DNA of 63,939 nt, filler included, from Aduncisulcus paluster (GCA_024181965.1; 17 parts of 17 records of this genome joined end to end with filler, not necessarily neighbours in it), one strand, 5' to 3'; numbered from the whole stretch's first letter, positions 24,773 to 36,861 are shown. Made by a program: numbers and translations. The notes: generated from the sequence alone by a model not told the origin.

Positions 24773-26690
24773 CTTGAAACAGCTGATGACACAACACATA
24801 TTGATGATTCTGAATCGACATGTATCCCAAAAGCCCAAGAAGGAGAAGGGAAAGAGGAAAGAGAAGGAAAGGAGTTAGTTGATACACAACACTGTGATAC
24901 TGCTGCCACAAGTCAACCACTTTCTTTAACACCGATGGAAGGACAATCGTTACATCCTGATTCTGAAGCAGTCTCTTCTGAGTCTTATATTCTCCTAGAT
25001 CTCCCCTCTATCGTGTGCATCTCTGAGAGTGTGCATAATGGCATAATATACTTGTCCTCTATTATCCCAAAGAAACACACAATAATATCATGTTCACACG
25101 AAGAGAGGAAGAAGAGGGAGAAGAGAAAAGATGTCTGCTCTCTCTGTGAACGAGTTCATTTCTCCAGATTTCTCCAGCTCTGTAGTCGATCCCTCCATAT
25201 TCAACTGAAATCAATCGGATGTTTTCCTGTTTTCTTAAGCATTAAGAACATCTTTGATGAAGTGTTGTCAGCCTCTGTACAACTGGCAAAAAAAAAGTTG
25301 CATGCATTGTTCGGTCACTTCCTATTTCCAGAAAGCGAAGGTCGTTCTATTTTTATCCGTGAACTCATAGCTATCGAGAATGCTCATTTTATGGGCTCTG
25401 TGTGTGTCGGTGGGGATGCTTTAGATCCTGAGGATGAAGAAGTGTATGCTGAGGATAATTTGAAAGAAATGGAGAAAGAAGCCGAAGAGGAGGAGAAGAA
25501 AAGAGATGAAGAGGAAGAGGAAGCATACCGAGGTAATACCAGTACCAAAGATATTCCTGCTTCCTCGTCTTCCTCCAAATGTTCCTCGAAAGCTACAGTT
25601 GATTGCAGTAGTGGAGAAGGAGACCCAAATGATCCATCCAAAAGGATATCAATGGCTGTTACAGATCCCTTATCCCATCCTGCCCTTGATAAAAATAATA
25701 CTTCAGGGAGTCCAGACTCAAGGAAAGAACAAGAAGGGGGTAATCCAGTGGTAGATAGTATTAAGACATCAGCTCCTAAGGATTCACGGGCTCTCTCTCT
25801 CTCTGCCAAGGTTCACCTAATTCAACATCTCTTGCAAGGTCACAGCACACTCGTGAAGGATTGTTCGAGTGGTTCCACGAATTCCACTTCTGGTTCTCGT
25901 CTCTCGCTCACAGCCGTGAAACCTCGTTCGGGCAAGATCGCTGCACCTTCGTCGATTCTACGTGTTTGGACAAAGAAAGGGGAGTTCGACATTCCTGATG
26001 AAGTTTGGAATGGTATTATCCTTGATGATGTGTCCATTTCACATAATTTCATGAAGGCACTGGAGATTATATTCTGTTCGTCGATATGTTTATGCCTCAT
26101 TACGGCCCCACCGGCATTTCGACCGGCTCTCGCTCTTTCCATTCGGAATATGGTACAGCGTGGACAGATCTACAAATTTAATAATGAGTTACTTCGTGTG
26201 TGTAAATGTGTGAAGGATTGTCCATTATTCGATACAATTGACCCTGAATTCATAGAGATGGGCATTCTTTTGTGGAGAGTGAAGAGATACTATGGTGTCN
26301 NNNNNNNNNNNNNNNNNNNATAATTTCATGAAGGCACTGGAGATTATATTCTGTTCGTCGATATGTTTATGCCTCATTACGGCCCCACCGGCATTTCGAC
26401 CGGCTCTCGCTCTTTCCATTCGGAATATGGTACAGCGTGGACAGATCTACAAATTTAATAATGAGTTACTTCGTGTGTGTAAATGTGTGAAGGATTGTCC
26501 ATTATTCGATACAATTGACCCTGAATTCATAGAGATGGGCATTCTTTTGTGGAGAGTGAAGAGATACTATGGTGTCATAAAGAAACAGGTGAAGAAGGAA
26601 GAAAGAGTGAGCGTTTGTCTGGAAAAGGAAGGAGGATCAGTCAAACAAGAGAAAAAGAGAGGCTTTTTCAGTTGGTTTTCCGGAAAATAG
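24773..26690 (+). CDS. Hypothetical protein (5'-partial)
   Basis: Frame is open from the contig start. Gap duplication 26043-26299 = 26320-26576. Ends KKRGFFSWFSGK*. Confidence 0.7.
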
Positions 26691-27020
26691 ATTCTCTAAA
26701 TAATTGCCGATCCGAACTGATCATCAGTTTAACGTGATGTTATTATCCTTTTTTAATAGTACAGTATAGTACATTAATAATTCTTTCCGATTTGAATGTT
26801 ACAACTTAATTGATGACCCCACGATAAATCTATCATAGATTAAGATATGATATTTTGTTTATTTTTCTCATTCCACTTTCTCCAAATTATTCTTATATAT
26901 CAGCTATAGTGTTGACAATAGTTAGGTTTTTAGATTGGATCTGCCCAATAAATTTATTATATTATGCAAAATACAACTATTTGTGATTCCTAAAATATCA
27001 TTTTAGTAAAATCCACCATA

Positions 27021-27458
27021 GCCCGACCACCTACAAGTAAGCTATCAAGAGCCAGGTGTAAAAATTAGTTCAAAGTCAAGATCAAGGTTATAAAGAGCCT
27101 CCCAATAAATCTCCAACCTGAAAATGCGTTTTTTAACCGACCGACCACCCACAAGTAGGCTATCGAGCCAAGGCCATCAAGAGCCAGGTATAAAAAGAAT
27201 ACCGCCCGACCACCCACAAACAGGTCATCAAAAGCCAGGTATAAAAAATACTTCAAGGTAAAGATCAATTTGAAGGTTAATAACCTTAGGTTATAAAGGG
27301 TCTCCCAATAAATCTCCCGCCTGAAAATGCGTTTTTTAACCGGGGGGTGTCCATCCGAAACGTCAGGTAGGGGAGATCTATTGGGAGGTCAACTCCAATA
27401 ATATCAACTTGAAGTTGACACTCTACACACAGAATTGACAAAGAACTTGCGACAATTG
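27021..27458. repeat. Modular dispersed repeat: 3 copies of module A (CCGACCACC..AAGAGCCAGGTATAAAA) and 2 of module B, the last with a complete long hairpin (27302-27387)
   Basis: Internal direct repeats are visible; a homologous copy lies on another contig at 49633-49805. Confidence 0.85.
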
Positions 27459-27782
27459 CCCAAGAAAAACCCGTATTTTTTGAGGAAAACTTTGGCAATG
27501 CGAAAAAAAAACAAAAAAAAACTTCCGAATCTGCGATCGAGTCACAAACAAGAAAAATATTAACGTGATAAATAAAATAGAGATTGCCCATTTGAGATAT
27601 TGATTTATTTTCTGTATATTATATCAATTACAGAAATTTTGAAAAGACAAAATATGACACTTTCATATATCGTTTATTACTGTAAAATCAGCTATCTAGT
27701 CAAGGAAAAATATAAATATAAATAAAAATAAAAACAAAATAACGGTTTAGTCCTTGTAGAATTAGTAGCATCAACTTTCTTC

Positions 27783-28096
27783 ATGCACAGAATTTTTGTT
27801 CTCGTTTACCGTCACCACAACCGCTTTTTCTTTCGAATTCCCAACTAAAAACCCACATATTTTTCAATTTGATATGTGTGATAACAGAAAAGATCCACCT
27901 ATATGTACGCCAACTTATGGTGCCTGCTCCCAGGTACCTACATTGAGGCTGTTTCAGATAGTAGTACGCAAAACGTTGCCATCATTGTGAACGGAGATAT
28001 TGAGTTTTCAGTTGATTCCCAAATGGGTAAACCTGGACAAATTGTTGCTGATAATATCATTAACTCCGATGGATCTCCATTCTTGACTGTTACTTA
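27783..28096 (+). pseudogene. Frameshifted N-terminus of a possible secreted protein
   Basis: Coding-like segments (FTVTTTAFSFEFP..C; GTYIEAVSDS..) lie in different frames and run into the contig end. Confidence 0.3.
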
Positions 28097-29706
28097 NNNN
28101 NNNNNNNNNNNNNNNNNNNNNNNNNNNNNNNNNNNNNNNNTTAATTAATTAANNNNNNNNNNNNNNNNNNNNNNNNNNNNNNNNNNNNNNNNNNNNTCCA
28201 CAGCTGATATTTCCTCTGTGGGATGCTTGGATGCTTTCATCCTGGCTTGCTCCTTGTGGGGTTTGCCTTTGCTAGAGGAAGTCTTCTTCTTCTTCTTCTT
28301 TTCAATACTACAGACCATATAGCTATGACTGTCTTGACTATGGTCAATTCCATGGATTCTAGCAAACCCAAGACGCCTGGTGACGCATTCCCCTTCCGGG
28401 TGATCTCATCTTGTAAGAGACCTCCGGAGGATACCAACCGTGGGCCGCATATAGCAGCACCAAACGGGGTTCCTCCGGCCTGGGAAACCTTGCCACATAC
28501 TCTTGTTGTGGATCCTGAGGTTTTGGGTGGGAGAAAATCTTTGATTAACTCCAATGGGCTCTTTGAGTCCGTAAGCTTGGTGAACTTGTGATCGCCATTC
28601 ATTTCAACATTATCTCTTTGAGATTTCAGAAGCAGTTTCGGAATTCGCTTCCAAAGGTATGGAAACAGATGGTTTGCCTCGGGCAAAATGCATTTTGTGG
28701 TTAGAGTAAACCATAACGAATAATATACTTCAAAAATACTACCGATACGTGATACAAATTTACTATTTCACTGATTCCCGGATCATCACTGCCTGTGCCC
28801 AGCCCCGCCAACATAAATCCCGTGATATTGTGCCTGCAGTAACTCTTTCCGTTCCAATCTTCTCAGATGTCCTTCAGGAACTCCAACCGAAGATATTAGA
28901 ATTTATTCGAACTAAAACTCTCCGTATTCGAGCTGAACGAATCAGATCTGCATCGACATCAGCAGGTGGGCAAAATACTGTTGCCCAACTTGCCTCTGGA
29001 ATCATTGAAGATCGAGAAGGTGACCCTGGTCAGACTATCGCCCCTACTCCAGGAGATAATGAAGAAGAACACGAAGAATTTCAGGAGGTGTTGCGGTAGC
29101 AAATTTACTAATAAAGAAATCTTCTATGGGTATTCTATTTTTAGAACTGGGCCATAACACAATGTTGGTGTTTAGTAAAATATTTGCTAGAAATTAAGTG
29201 TCTTAGAGATCCTAAACATAGAGATATCATCTTCTTGATAGTCATCTCCAAAAGATACATCCAGGGATGTATCGAAAACATCAAAAGGCAATGCTGATGT
29301 CGGATGAGGGGGGTGATAAAAAGAGCATATGCCATCTTTCTGAATGTTGTTCGCATTTCACAGCCTTTACGGTTGTTTTGTTTTTTTGTTTCTGTGTTGG
29401 TCGGTCTCCCCCGCCCCTCTGTGAAGTGGGTGTGGACCTCGGGTGTGTCCAAGGAAGGGATGCGTCGGGACGTCCGCGGAACAGCACGCGCCCAGACAAT
29501 ACACCCAACATGCCAAGAAGCGTGGGGCAACAAATAACGCAAAACAACAAAGATTCCGCGGAGCGGAGAGGGAAGAATACAAGATCTTCATGGGAGAGTA
29601 TGATGTGCCATGCTGATCTCCGAGGCTTGCAGTTCAAGGGTGTGGGTTTCGGGTTACCATGGGCTACATGTGTCGTATGTTTGTGCTATGTGTTTATTTG
29701 TGTGTT

Positions 29707-30666
29707 TTACTCCTCTTCTTCTGTGTCTTCTTCTGTTGAGCTTCTTGAAATGAGAATAGAAAGCATATCCCTGAGTTTCATCACCCTTTGCAACTGTAAT
29801 TGTGAAAAGCTCACTTGGCGTATTGCATGTGTTACCCCTGTAAGGTATTCCACGAGAGACAATGTCAGCCAAGTTTCAAACAGCACAACTGTATCATGTT
29901 GTCGAGGGGACTGGGTTTCGCGGTGACTTGGAACACGACAGTATATTTCTCCTTGAATGTAATCAGGATCGTCAAGTTCCCATTTGGTAGTTATATCTTC
30001 TCCACCAGCGCCAAAGCAAAGACGCTCCCACCGGGGATCACGAGCATCATCCTCGGATATCCCAAAGTACGTCGCACGAAATTTGGAATATTCCATTTGA
30101 AATACGCTCTCGAACATAACATAGGGGTCTTCCTCTTCCTCTTTCTCCGTACGCATGATAAGAGCGTCATACATGGCGTCAATATTGACATGGCCACCTG
30201 AAACAAGCCGTAAGGTATACAAGAAAAAGTGTCGGGTCATCATTTTAACATAGGCCTTTACAAAGGGGGCAGGCAAGAAGGGACAATCGCTAGACTCGCT
30301 TTCGTGTAAATTAGTACTGAAAATTATTAGTTTCTTATAAACATCCCGGCTAATCTCCTCTCCGTGTTCACTCGTTTTGGTTTCAATAAATGGGACATCC
30401 TTTGTACGGACATGGGACTCGAATTTGCATGAATCAGCGTATAAGAGGATCAACTCGGCGACATCGATTATTATATCGGCACTAGTAGAAGAGGTCATGG
30501 GAATGTAGGCAGGGTCGGATGGGTTGAGTAAATAGCGCTGTATTTCGTTGTTGGCGTAGTTCAAATAAGATTCACCACCAACTTGGGTCACAGGTGGAAG
30601 AGGGAGATGAATAGAGGCAGCATGCTCTGAAAGGTGAACATCGTTTTGACTAGGGTAACCTGGCAT
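29707..30666 (-). CDS. Hypothetical protein, possibly transposon-associated
   Basis: 319-aa ATG-initiated ORF with no motif I recognise. Confidence 0.6.
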   Translation of the reverse strand: MPGYPSQNDVHLSEHAASIHLPLPPVTQVGGESYLNYANNEIQRYLLNPSDPAYIPMTSSTSADIIIDVAELILLYADSCKFESHVRTKDVPFIETKTSEHGEEISRDVYKKLIIFSTNLHESESSDCPFLPAPFVKAYVKMMTRHFFLYTLRLVSGGHVNIDAMYDALIMRTEKEEEEDPYVMFESVFQMEYSKFRATYFGISEDDARDPRWERLCFGAGGEDITTKWELDDPDYIQGEIYCRVPSHRETQSPRQHDTVVLFETWLTLSLVEYLTGVTHAIRQVSFSQLQLQRVMKLRDMLSILISRSSTEEDTEEEE

Positions 30667-30861
30667 CGTTTATAAGTGGTTTTGTTAGCTTTAATAGCAA
30701 GAGTATATAGTATAACGAAAGAAACATCAAACTATGAACACTATTCTTCTTGTTCGAAAATAACGAGGAAGCATACACAACGAACTCTTTTTTATGTCAA
30801 GACATATGTTAAACATAACATCGCTGCTTTTCGAGTAAAACATATGTTCTACCATAGGTAT

Positions 30862-30938
30862 TACATGTGTATACCATTAATGTTTGACATATGTATACCA
30901 TTATTGTTTGACATATGTATACCATTAATATTTGACAT
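30862..30938. repeat. 24-bp tandem repeat (ACATATGTATACCATTAATGTTTG) x3
   Basis: Directly visible. Confidence 0.9.
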
Positions 30939-30994
30939 CTGAAGACTTCATGTCTTATCCATTTAGTTAATTGCTATTAAGACGATTGATTTTA

Positions 30995-31423
30995 TTATTT
31001 TCTCAATGGACAAATCAAAAAGTGACCTGGGATTGTTTTATATTGTAAATCTCTTGCCAGGGAACAATGAACCAACCTATCAACACTAGAAATCAGAATA
31101 TTATCGATTCGAGAGTAAATATATAAGTAAAATAAATTATACCGATATTCTCGGTTTCCAACTGATGCTACTTCGTAATATTCATAAATGTATCCCCTTA
31201 TATACGATTTGTCTTCGCAATGTTGACAAAAGACAACTATTGAGTCATCAGCTTCCCTATTCTTAAACGTATAGCACTTTCCAGGACGAAATCGGATGCT
31301 AGGAAGCGAATCACTCTCATCCGGAATATCCATTGCTGGAATTAAAAACGGAAGGGACATCGAAGCCAGATAATGGGACTTTGGCTGTGTGCGCACGTAT
31401 CTATATAATCCAGTGTGTCTCAA
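30995..31423 (-). pseudogene. Fragment resembling the C-terminus of a CMC/EnSpm-like transposase
   Basis: No clear 5' part. The ending 'IDNILISSVDRLVHC...GHFLICP' resembles such C-termini only loosely. Confidence 0.25.
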
Positions 31424-31552
31424 TTCTCGAAAATGAGATCAAAATATAATAAATAAGTTTTATTTATAGTTTTATGAATATTTTTGAAAACAATTTGGAA
31501 TAAATGAGTACAATGAACGAGATACTCTCCTGCCTGAACGGATAAAAATATC

Positions 31553-32117
31553 CAGAGTGTCCCAACTCACCGAATTTTTTTAAAATAAAAAAATTATAAT
31601 GGTAAATAAAAGTTATTGATATTTTGTAAACTTAAATCTGATTTTATCTTTTATTTCAAATTTAAGCCCTGCACTGTTTAAACGTTTTATTAATAAATAT
31701 ATCTAGATAAATTTTTTATTATTTCAGATAATTATCGCTATTCTAATAAACGGCACTTCATTTAATCTTCAATCTCAGATAATCCTGAAGATCATCAATC
31801 TTCAAATGTCATGTTTTATTCTTGCTGTGGTGCATTTCTCCATTTTTAAAAAATGGATTTTTTGAATAAATGGGAAATATTATTAAAGAAAAATGAATTA
31901 ATAAATCTTAAAACTCAAATATCACAGATATAATATCTAACCATTGTAATAGCATTTTATTATAAAAATATCATAATAAATCAAATTAAAAGAGAAATAT
32001 CTTCTTATTTATTGATTATTGTTTTTATATAGTGCACCTTATCAAGGCCATAATAAAATCAATTTTACCACTTAAATGGCTAATAATTTTGATGAAAAAA
32101 ATAAGAAAACTTCTTTA
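31553..32117 (+). mobile_element. End of a Tc1/mariner-like DNA element (TIR CAGAGTGTCCCAACTCACCG), non-coding, cut by the contig end
   Basis: 565 bp match 60776-61340 in reverse complement. Similarity stops exactly at CAGAGTGTCC, and the other copy is flanked by TA. Confidence 0.8.
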
Positions 32118-32217
32118 NNNNNNNNNNNNNNNNNNNNNNNNNNNNNNNNNNNNNNNNNNNNTTAATTAATTAANNNNNNNNNNNNNNNNNNNNNNNNNNN
32201 NNNNNNNNNNNNNNNNN

Positions 32218-32940
32218 TCGGATTGCATCGTCACATCTGGAACATGCACGTGTCAGGTCCTTATTCAACATTATGAACTCCACAAATCACATCTTTTATC
32301 CTCTTTCACTCTCGATCATGAACTTTCAAAACAAGGAGAAAAAGAAGAAAAGGTCATTCCAACCGTCGTTGTCAGTGGTGCTCCTGGTCTGTGTGATATC
32401 ATTCGCAAAGATACCCCATTCAAAGTCAAAACAATGCCAAAAGATATGAAAAGAGAAGACATTGCCCGAATGGATTTGGATCCAAGTGTATTTGCAGTAG
32501 TTGTTGGATATGATCTTGATATTTCATACAATCGCATTGCCTTCGCTGGAGTTTATGCTCGAGCATTACCTTCTCATGGACTATTTTTAGCTACAAATTC
32601 GGATCGTGAATTTCCAGCCAGTGGACAAAATGTTCTCCCCGGAGCTGGCTGTCTTGTCGCCCCCTTCAAGGAATTTGTCGTTGACAAGTCGCCTGTCTAT
32701 GCTGGAAAACCCTCAAAGCTTATGCTTGAGATTGCAATGGACAAGTATTGTGTGAAAGTGGATGAGGTTGTCATGATCGGTGATCGTCTTGATACCGATA
32801 TAAGAATGGCGAAGGACTGCAGGGTATTCAGTATATGCACATTAACAGGAGTTACGACCGAAAGAGTTTTGAAAGAAGCTTATGGTACACTTGACTATCC
32901 TGATGCTATCATTGGTGGAGTGCATGATTTGCTTGGATAA
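32218..32940 (+). CDS. HAD-IIA phosphatase (p-nitrophenyl/phosphoglycolate phosphatase family), 5'-partial
   Basis: AVVVGYD, FLATNSD, PGAGCLV, AGKPS, MIGDRLDTDI, LTGVT. Confidence 0.93.
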   Translation, partial: SDCIVTSGTCTCQVLIQHYELHKSHLLSSFTLDHELSKQGEKEEKVIPTVVVSGAPGLCDIIRKDTPFKVKTMPKDMKREDIARMDLDPSVFAVVVGYDLDISYNRIAFAGVYARALPSHGLFLATNSDREFPASGQNVLPGAGCLVAPFKEFVVDKSPVYAGKPSKLMLEIAMDKYCVKVDEVVMIGDRLDTDIRMAKDCRVFSICTLTGVTTERVLKEAYGTLDYPDAIIGGVHDLLG

Positions 32941-33134
32941 CGAAAATGGTTTGGTTTCAATCATTTAGAATTTTGTTTTTTACTTTATATATTTATTTAA
33001 TTGTGAATGGGGTTACTCTTTTAAAGTTTGAGATATTGGTTTACAAATAAGACCATTTCTATTTCTAGCTGTTGCAAGTTGCAACTATTTACTTTTGTTT
33101 TCCCATTGCGATCTAATTGAGACAGTTCAGCAGT

Positions 33135-33176
33135 CCAGGCCATACTGAATAGCCCAGGCCATACTGAATAGCCCAG
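33135..33176. repeat. 19-bp tandem duplication (CCAGGCCATACTGAATAGC) x2
   Basis: Directly visible. Confidence 0.85.
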
Positions 33177-33512
33177 TATAGTAGCCCGTATATATATATG
33201 TTCGAATGTGAACGTGAGGTGCATATTGAATATTGAATATTCTTCCTCAACGTGCTCATAAGATATGATACGATAGGCATGAATATAAAGTTGGAATAAA
33301 CATTTTCCCCATTTTATAAATTCTAGGAGCTCTCAAATATGAGCGAGAGGTTTGTTCCAGCTCTGAGAATCTCATCAACTGGAGGAGTCGAGGAGAAATC
33401 GATGAAATGTCTCAAAGGAATCCAGTGGATATTACAGAAAGGTAATGGATTAGAAAAAACATCTTTAAAGCAGCTATTGAGATAGACAGTGATCTGATCT
33501 GATTGAATCCAG

Positions 33513-34725
33513 TTACTCATGGGGAGTATCATGTTGCATAGCATGTTGTTTATCGTGCTCTTTATCATGTTCTGACAATTGGAACTGTGTACTATGAATT
33601 GAACTCATAGCACTAAGTGAGAAAGTGTCTTTTGAGATACCTGATGGGAAGATATGATAGCCAGAGCCATTCACACCTGTATCTTTATCTTCAATTTGAG
33701 TGTCATGTTCTCTTTCTTCCTCTTCTTCCTCAAGCTTCTTCTTTTCCTCAATCTTTGGAGATATTCTTGTCTTACTTCCACTACTAGTGCCTATAGTATA
33801 GCTTGAACTTACAGGAAGAGGTTGATTGCCATCTCCTGTTTTCTTCTCCATTTCAGAAGGACTTGTTGTTGTTAAAGTGGGTGTAGCATGTCTTGGTGAT
33901 GATTCACTATCTTGTTTCTGTGTTTCAGTTTCATCTTTCTTTACCTCTTCAATACATCCAGCATTCCCGTCATACTCTGCAAGCTGACGTTCAATAATAT
34001 CCTCAATGGATGGGCATTCAAATCCTTTTCCAATCTGGGGCAATAAATCTTTGATGGATTGCACCTTCTTGCGAGCTTCATGAACACTCATACGTTCATC
34101 TTCATCTTTTTTGGTGAGACCTGTGAATACTTCATTCAAACATGCATGAACAGGTTTATATTTCCCATCTTCAATGGTTCGTAATGTTTTGAAGAGATCA
34201 GAAGAACATAATCTGGGAACTCTATTCTTTTCCATCAAACTCAGCATGGTATGCATAATATCATAACTATTAACAACACCTCGAAATACAGGCAGGGATA
34301 TGAAGGGATCAGCGCATTGGAACAAGGCAAGAATCGACATTCCAAGAGAATATCCATCACTCCTTTGAGTCTGTTTTCCTTCACAGAGAGTCTCATAAGA
34401 ATTATACACGATAGTTCCACAAGCAGAGGGTTTAGGTTGTGAAAGTCGTTTTTCTTGTTTGGTGGAAGAAGAGGAAGGAATATAACTCTTGGAAGTTACA
34501 GATGATGTGATAGAATCTAAGACTTGGAACATTCCAAGATCAGAGAGAACAATGCTACATTTCTTTGAATCATGATCAACACGAACAAGGAAGTTGTCTG
34601 GTTTAACATCTCGATGAACAAGACTCTTCTTTGCTCTAAACACATCATCAAGACACTCAATCATGCCAACACAGAGAGCACTCACTTTCACAGGGTTCAG
34701 TGTCATGGGATCAAAACGAGTTGTG
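33513..34725 (-). CDS. Lineage-expanded Ser/Thr kinase-like protein (5'-partial)
   Basis: HRDVKPDNFLV, LSDLG, CGTIVYNSYE, SDGYSLG, RMSVHEA; paralogous to 37968-38846. Confidence 0.9.
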
Positions 34726-34825
34726 NNNNNNNNNNNNNNNNNNNNNNNNNNNNNNNNNNNNNNNNNNNNTTAATTAATTAANNNNNNNNNNNNNNNNNNN
34801 NNNNNNNNNNNNNNNNNNNNNNNNN

Positions 34826-34945
34826 ATATGCTTTGGATTCGTCAATTTCAGATAGATCTGGATGACCCACAGGGTAGGGGCCTTTGTACAGTTTGGTAGA
34901 CTCACCAAATCCTAAATCTTCAACACATTTGCCAATAATTCTCAT
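34826..34945 (-). CDS. Tandem paralog 1 of a ~190-aa beta-sandwich-like family (3'-truncated)
   Basis: MRIIGKC...YKGPYPVGHPDLSEID, shared with the next two genes. Confidence 0.75.
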
Positions 34946-35336
34946 CACAAACAATAACACAACTATGGATTATCCAATATCAAATTAAATAAAATAATAA
35001 ACACCAATAACCTTCCAATTGCAAGGAAAAACACATTTTTACAATTGTCTTGGAACAGAACAATAATATCCAAAATCGATGTTTCTTATCATTATTAATA
35101 TATAGACGTAATAATAAATCATTTATTTTGTAAACACATTTGTTCTCCAAATAAGGCGTACTCAGACATTATTGACATTATTGACAATACAGCGATATAA
35201 ACATGAAAGTGACAATATACACATGGTATCCATCATATCTCAAGACATGACAGGAAGTAATGGTTCATACAATATGATTGTTATCAGGAAAGAAGTTGTA
35301 TTCAATCCTTGTGGAAACGATGATATGAATAATCGG

Positions 35337-35897
35337 CTACAACCAGGGAAGCATTGATAATCGTTCAATTGTTGCAAGTTCACGCTCTTTGACGGCTTTC
35401 ATTTTCTCTTGCTTCTTGTCAATCACGAATCGAACGCCATTCAAAAATATATGGGATTGTCCCCCATCCCATGACGATATAACATGAATATCACAAGAAA
35501 TAACATTATCAAGATCTATCGGGAACTCTTGCCAGAAATAATGCTCTGGAGGCATCTCTCCTATTTGATATTCTTTTGTTATCTTCTTGCCATCTGATGT
35601 TGTGAATGTGGCATTGAAATCTTTGATTCCATATGGGCGACTATGATGACTTACAACAAACTTACTGAGATAATGAGATGTAATAAATGGGAGATGTAAA
35701 TTGGGATTGAAATAGATGTATACTTCACCTCTTAAGAATCGTAATAAACTAGAATGATTATGACCACTATGATAATCCCCAAATGCTTTATATCCATCAA
35801 TTTTAGATAGATCTGGATGATCAACAGGGTAGGGGCCTTTATACGCTCTAGAGTCCCAAACAAAATATTCAATACATTTGCCAATAATTCTCATCAT
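35337..35897 (-). CDS. Tandem paralog 2, putative galactose-binding-like/DOC-type beta-sandwich
   Basis: Complete ORF; fold inferred only from the pattern IKDFNATF...WQEFPID...CDIHVISSW...GVRF. Confidence 0.8.
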   Translation of the reverse strand: MMRIIGKCIEYFVWDSRAYKGPYPVDHPDLSKIDGYKAFGDYHSGHNHSSLLRFLRGEVYIYFNPNLHLPFITSHYLSKFVVSHHSRPYGIKDFNATFTTSDGKKITKEYQIGEMPPEHYFWQEFPIDLDNVISCDIHVISSWDGGQSHIFLNGVRFVIDKKQEKMKAVKERELATIERLSMLPWL

Positions 35898-36285
35898 AAA
35901 CAATAACACAACTATGGATTATCCAATATCAAATTAAGTAGAATAATAAACACCAATAACCTTCCAATTGCAAGGAAAAGCGCATTTTAACAATTGTCTT
36001 GGAACAGAACAATAATATCCAAAATCGATGTTTCTTATCATTATTAATATATAGACGTAATAATAAATCATTTATTTTGTAAACACATTTGTTCTCCAAA
36101 TAAGGCGTACTCAGACATTATTGACATTATTGACAATACAGCGATATAAACATGAAAGTGACAATATACACATGGTATCCATCATATCTCAAGACATGAC
36201 AGGAAGTAATGGTTCATACAATATGATTGTTATCAGGAAAGAAGTTGTATTCAATCCTTGTGGAAACGATGATATGAAGGATCAG

Positions 36286-36861
36286 CTATAACCATGGAAG
36301 CATCGACAATCGTTCAATCGTTGCAAGTTCATGCTGTTTGGCGGCTTTCATTTTCTCTTCCTTCTTGTCAATCACGAATCGAATGCCTTCCAAAAAAATA
36401 TCTTCTTGTTTTCCATCCAATGACGATATAACATGAATATCACAAAAAATAACATTATGAATATCTATCGGGAACTCTTGCCAGAAATAATGATTTGGAG
36501 GCATCTCTCCCATTTGGTATTCTTTTGTAATCTCCTTGCCATCTGAAGTTGTGAATGTAGCATTGAAATCTTTGATTCCATCTGGCTCATTATGATGACT
36601 TACAACAAACTTACTGAGATAATGTCGTGTAATGAATGGGAGATGTAAATTGGGATAGAAAAAGATGTACCATCCACCTCCTAAGAACTTCAATAAATTA
36701 GAATGATTATGACCTCTATGATAATCCCCATATGCTTTGGATCCATCAATTTCAGATAGATCTGGATGACCAACAGGATAGGGGCCTTGGTATTGTTTGG
36801 TAGAATCACCAAACAATACAATAAATCCAAGATCTACAATACATTTGCCAATAATTCTCAT
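36286..36861 (-). CDS. Tandem paralog 3
   Basis: Complete ORF; stop-to-stop period of 949 bp with paralog 2. Confidence 0.8.
   Translation of the reverse strand: MRIIGKCIVDLGFIVLFGDSTKQYQGPYPVGHPDLSEIDGSKAYGDYHRGHNHSNLLKFLGGGWYIFFYPNLHLPFITRHYLSKFVVSHHNEPDGIKDFNATFTTSDGKEITKEYQMGEMPPNHYFWQEFPIDIHNVIFCDIHVISSLDGKQEDIFLEGIRFVIDKKEEKMKAAKQHELATIERLSMLPWL

Noticed and set aside
27021-27250. CRISPR-like appearance of repeated module A
   Set aside because: Units vary in length and sequence, the intervening parts are themselves repeated, there are no cas genes, and the context is eukaryotic.
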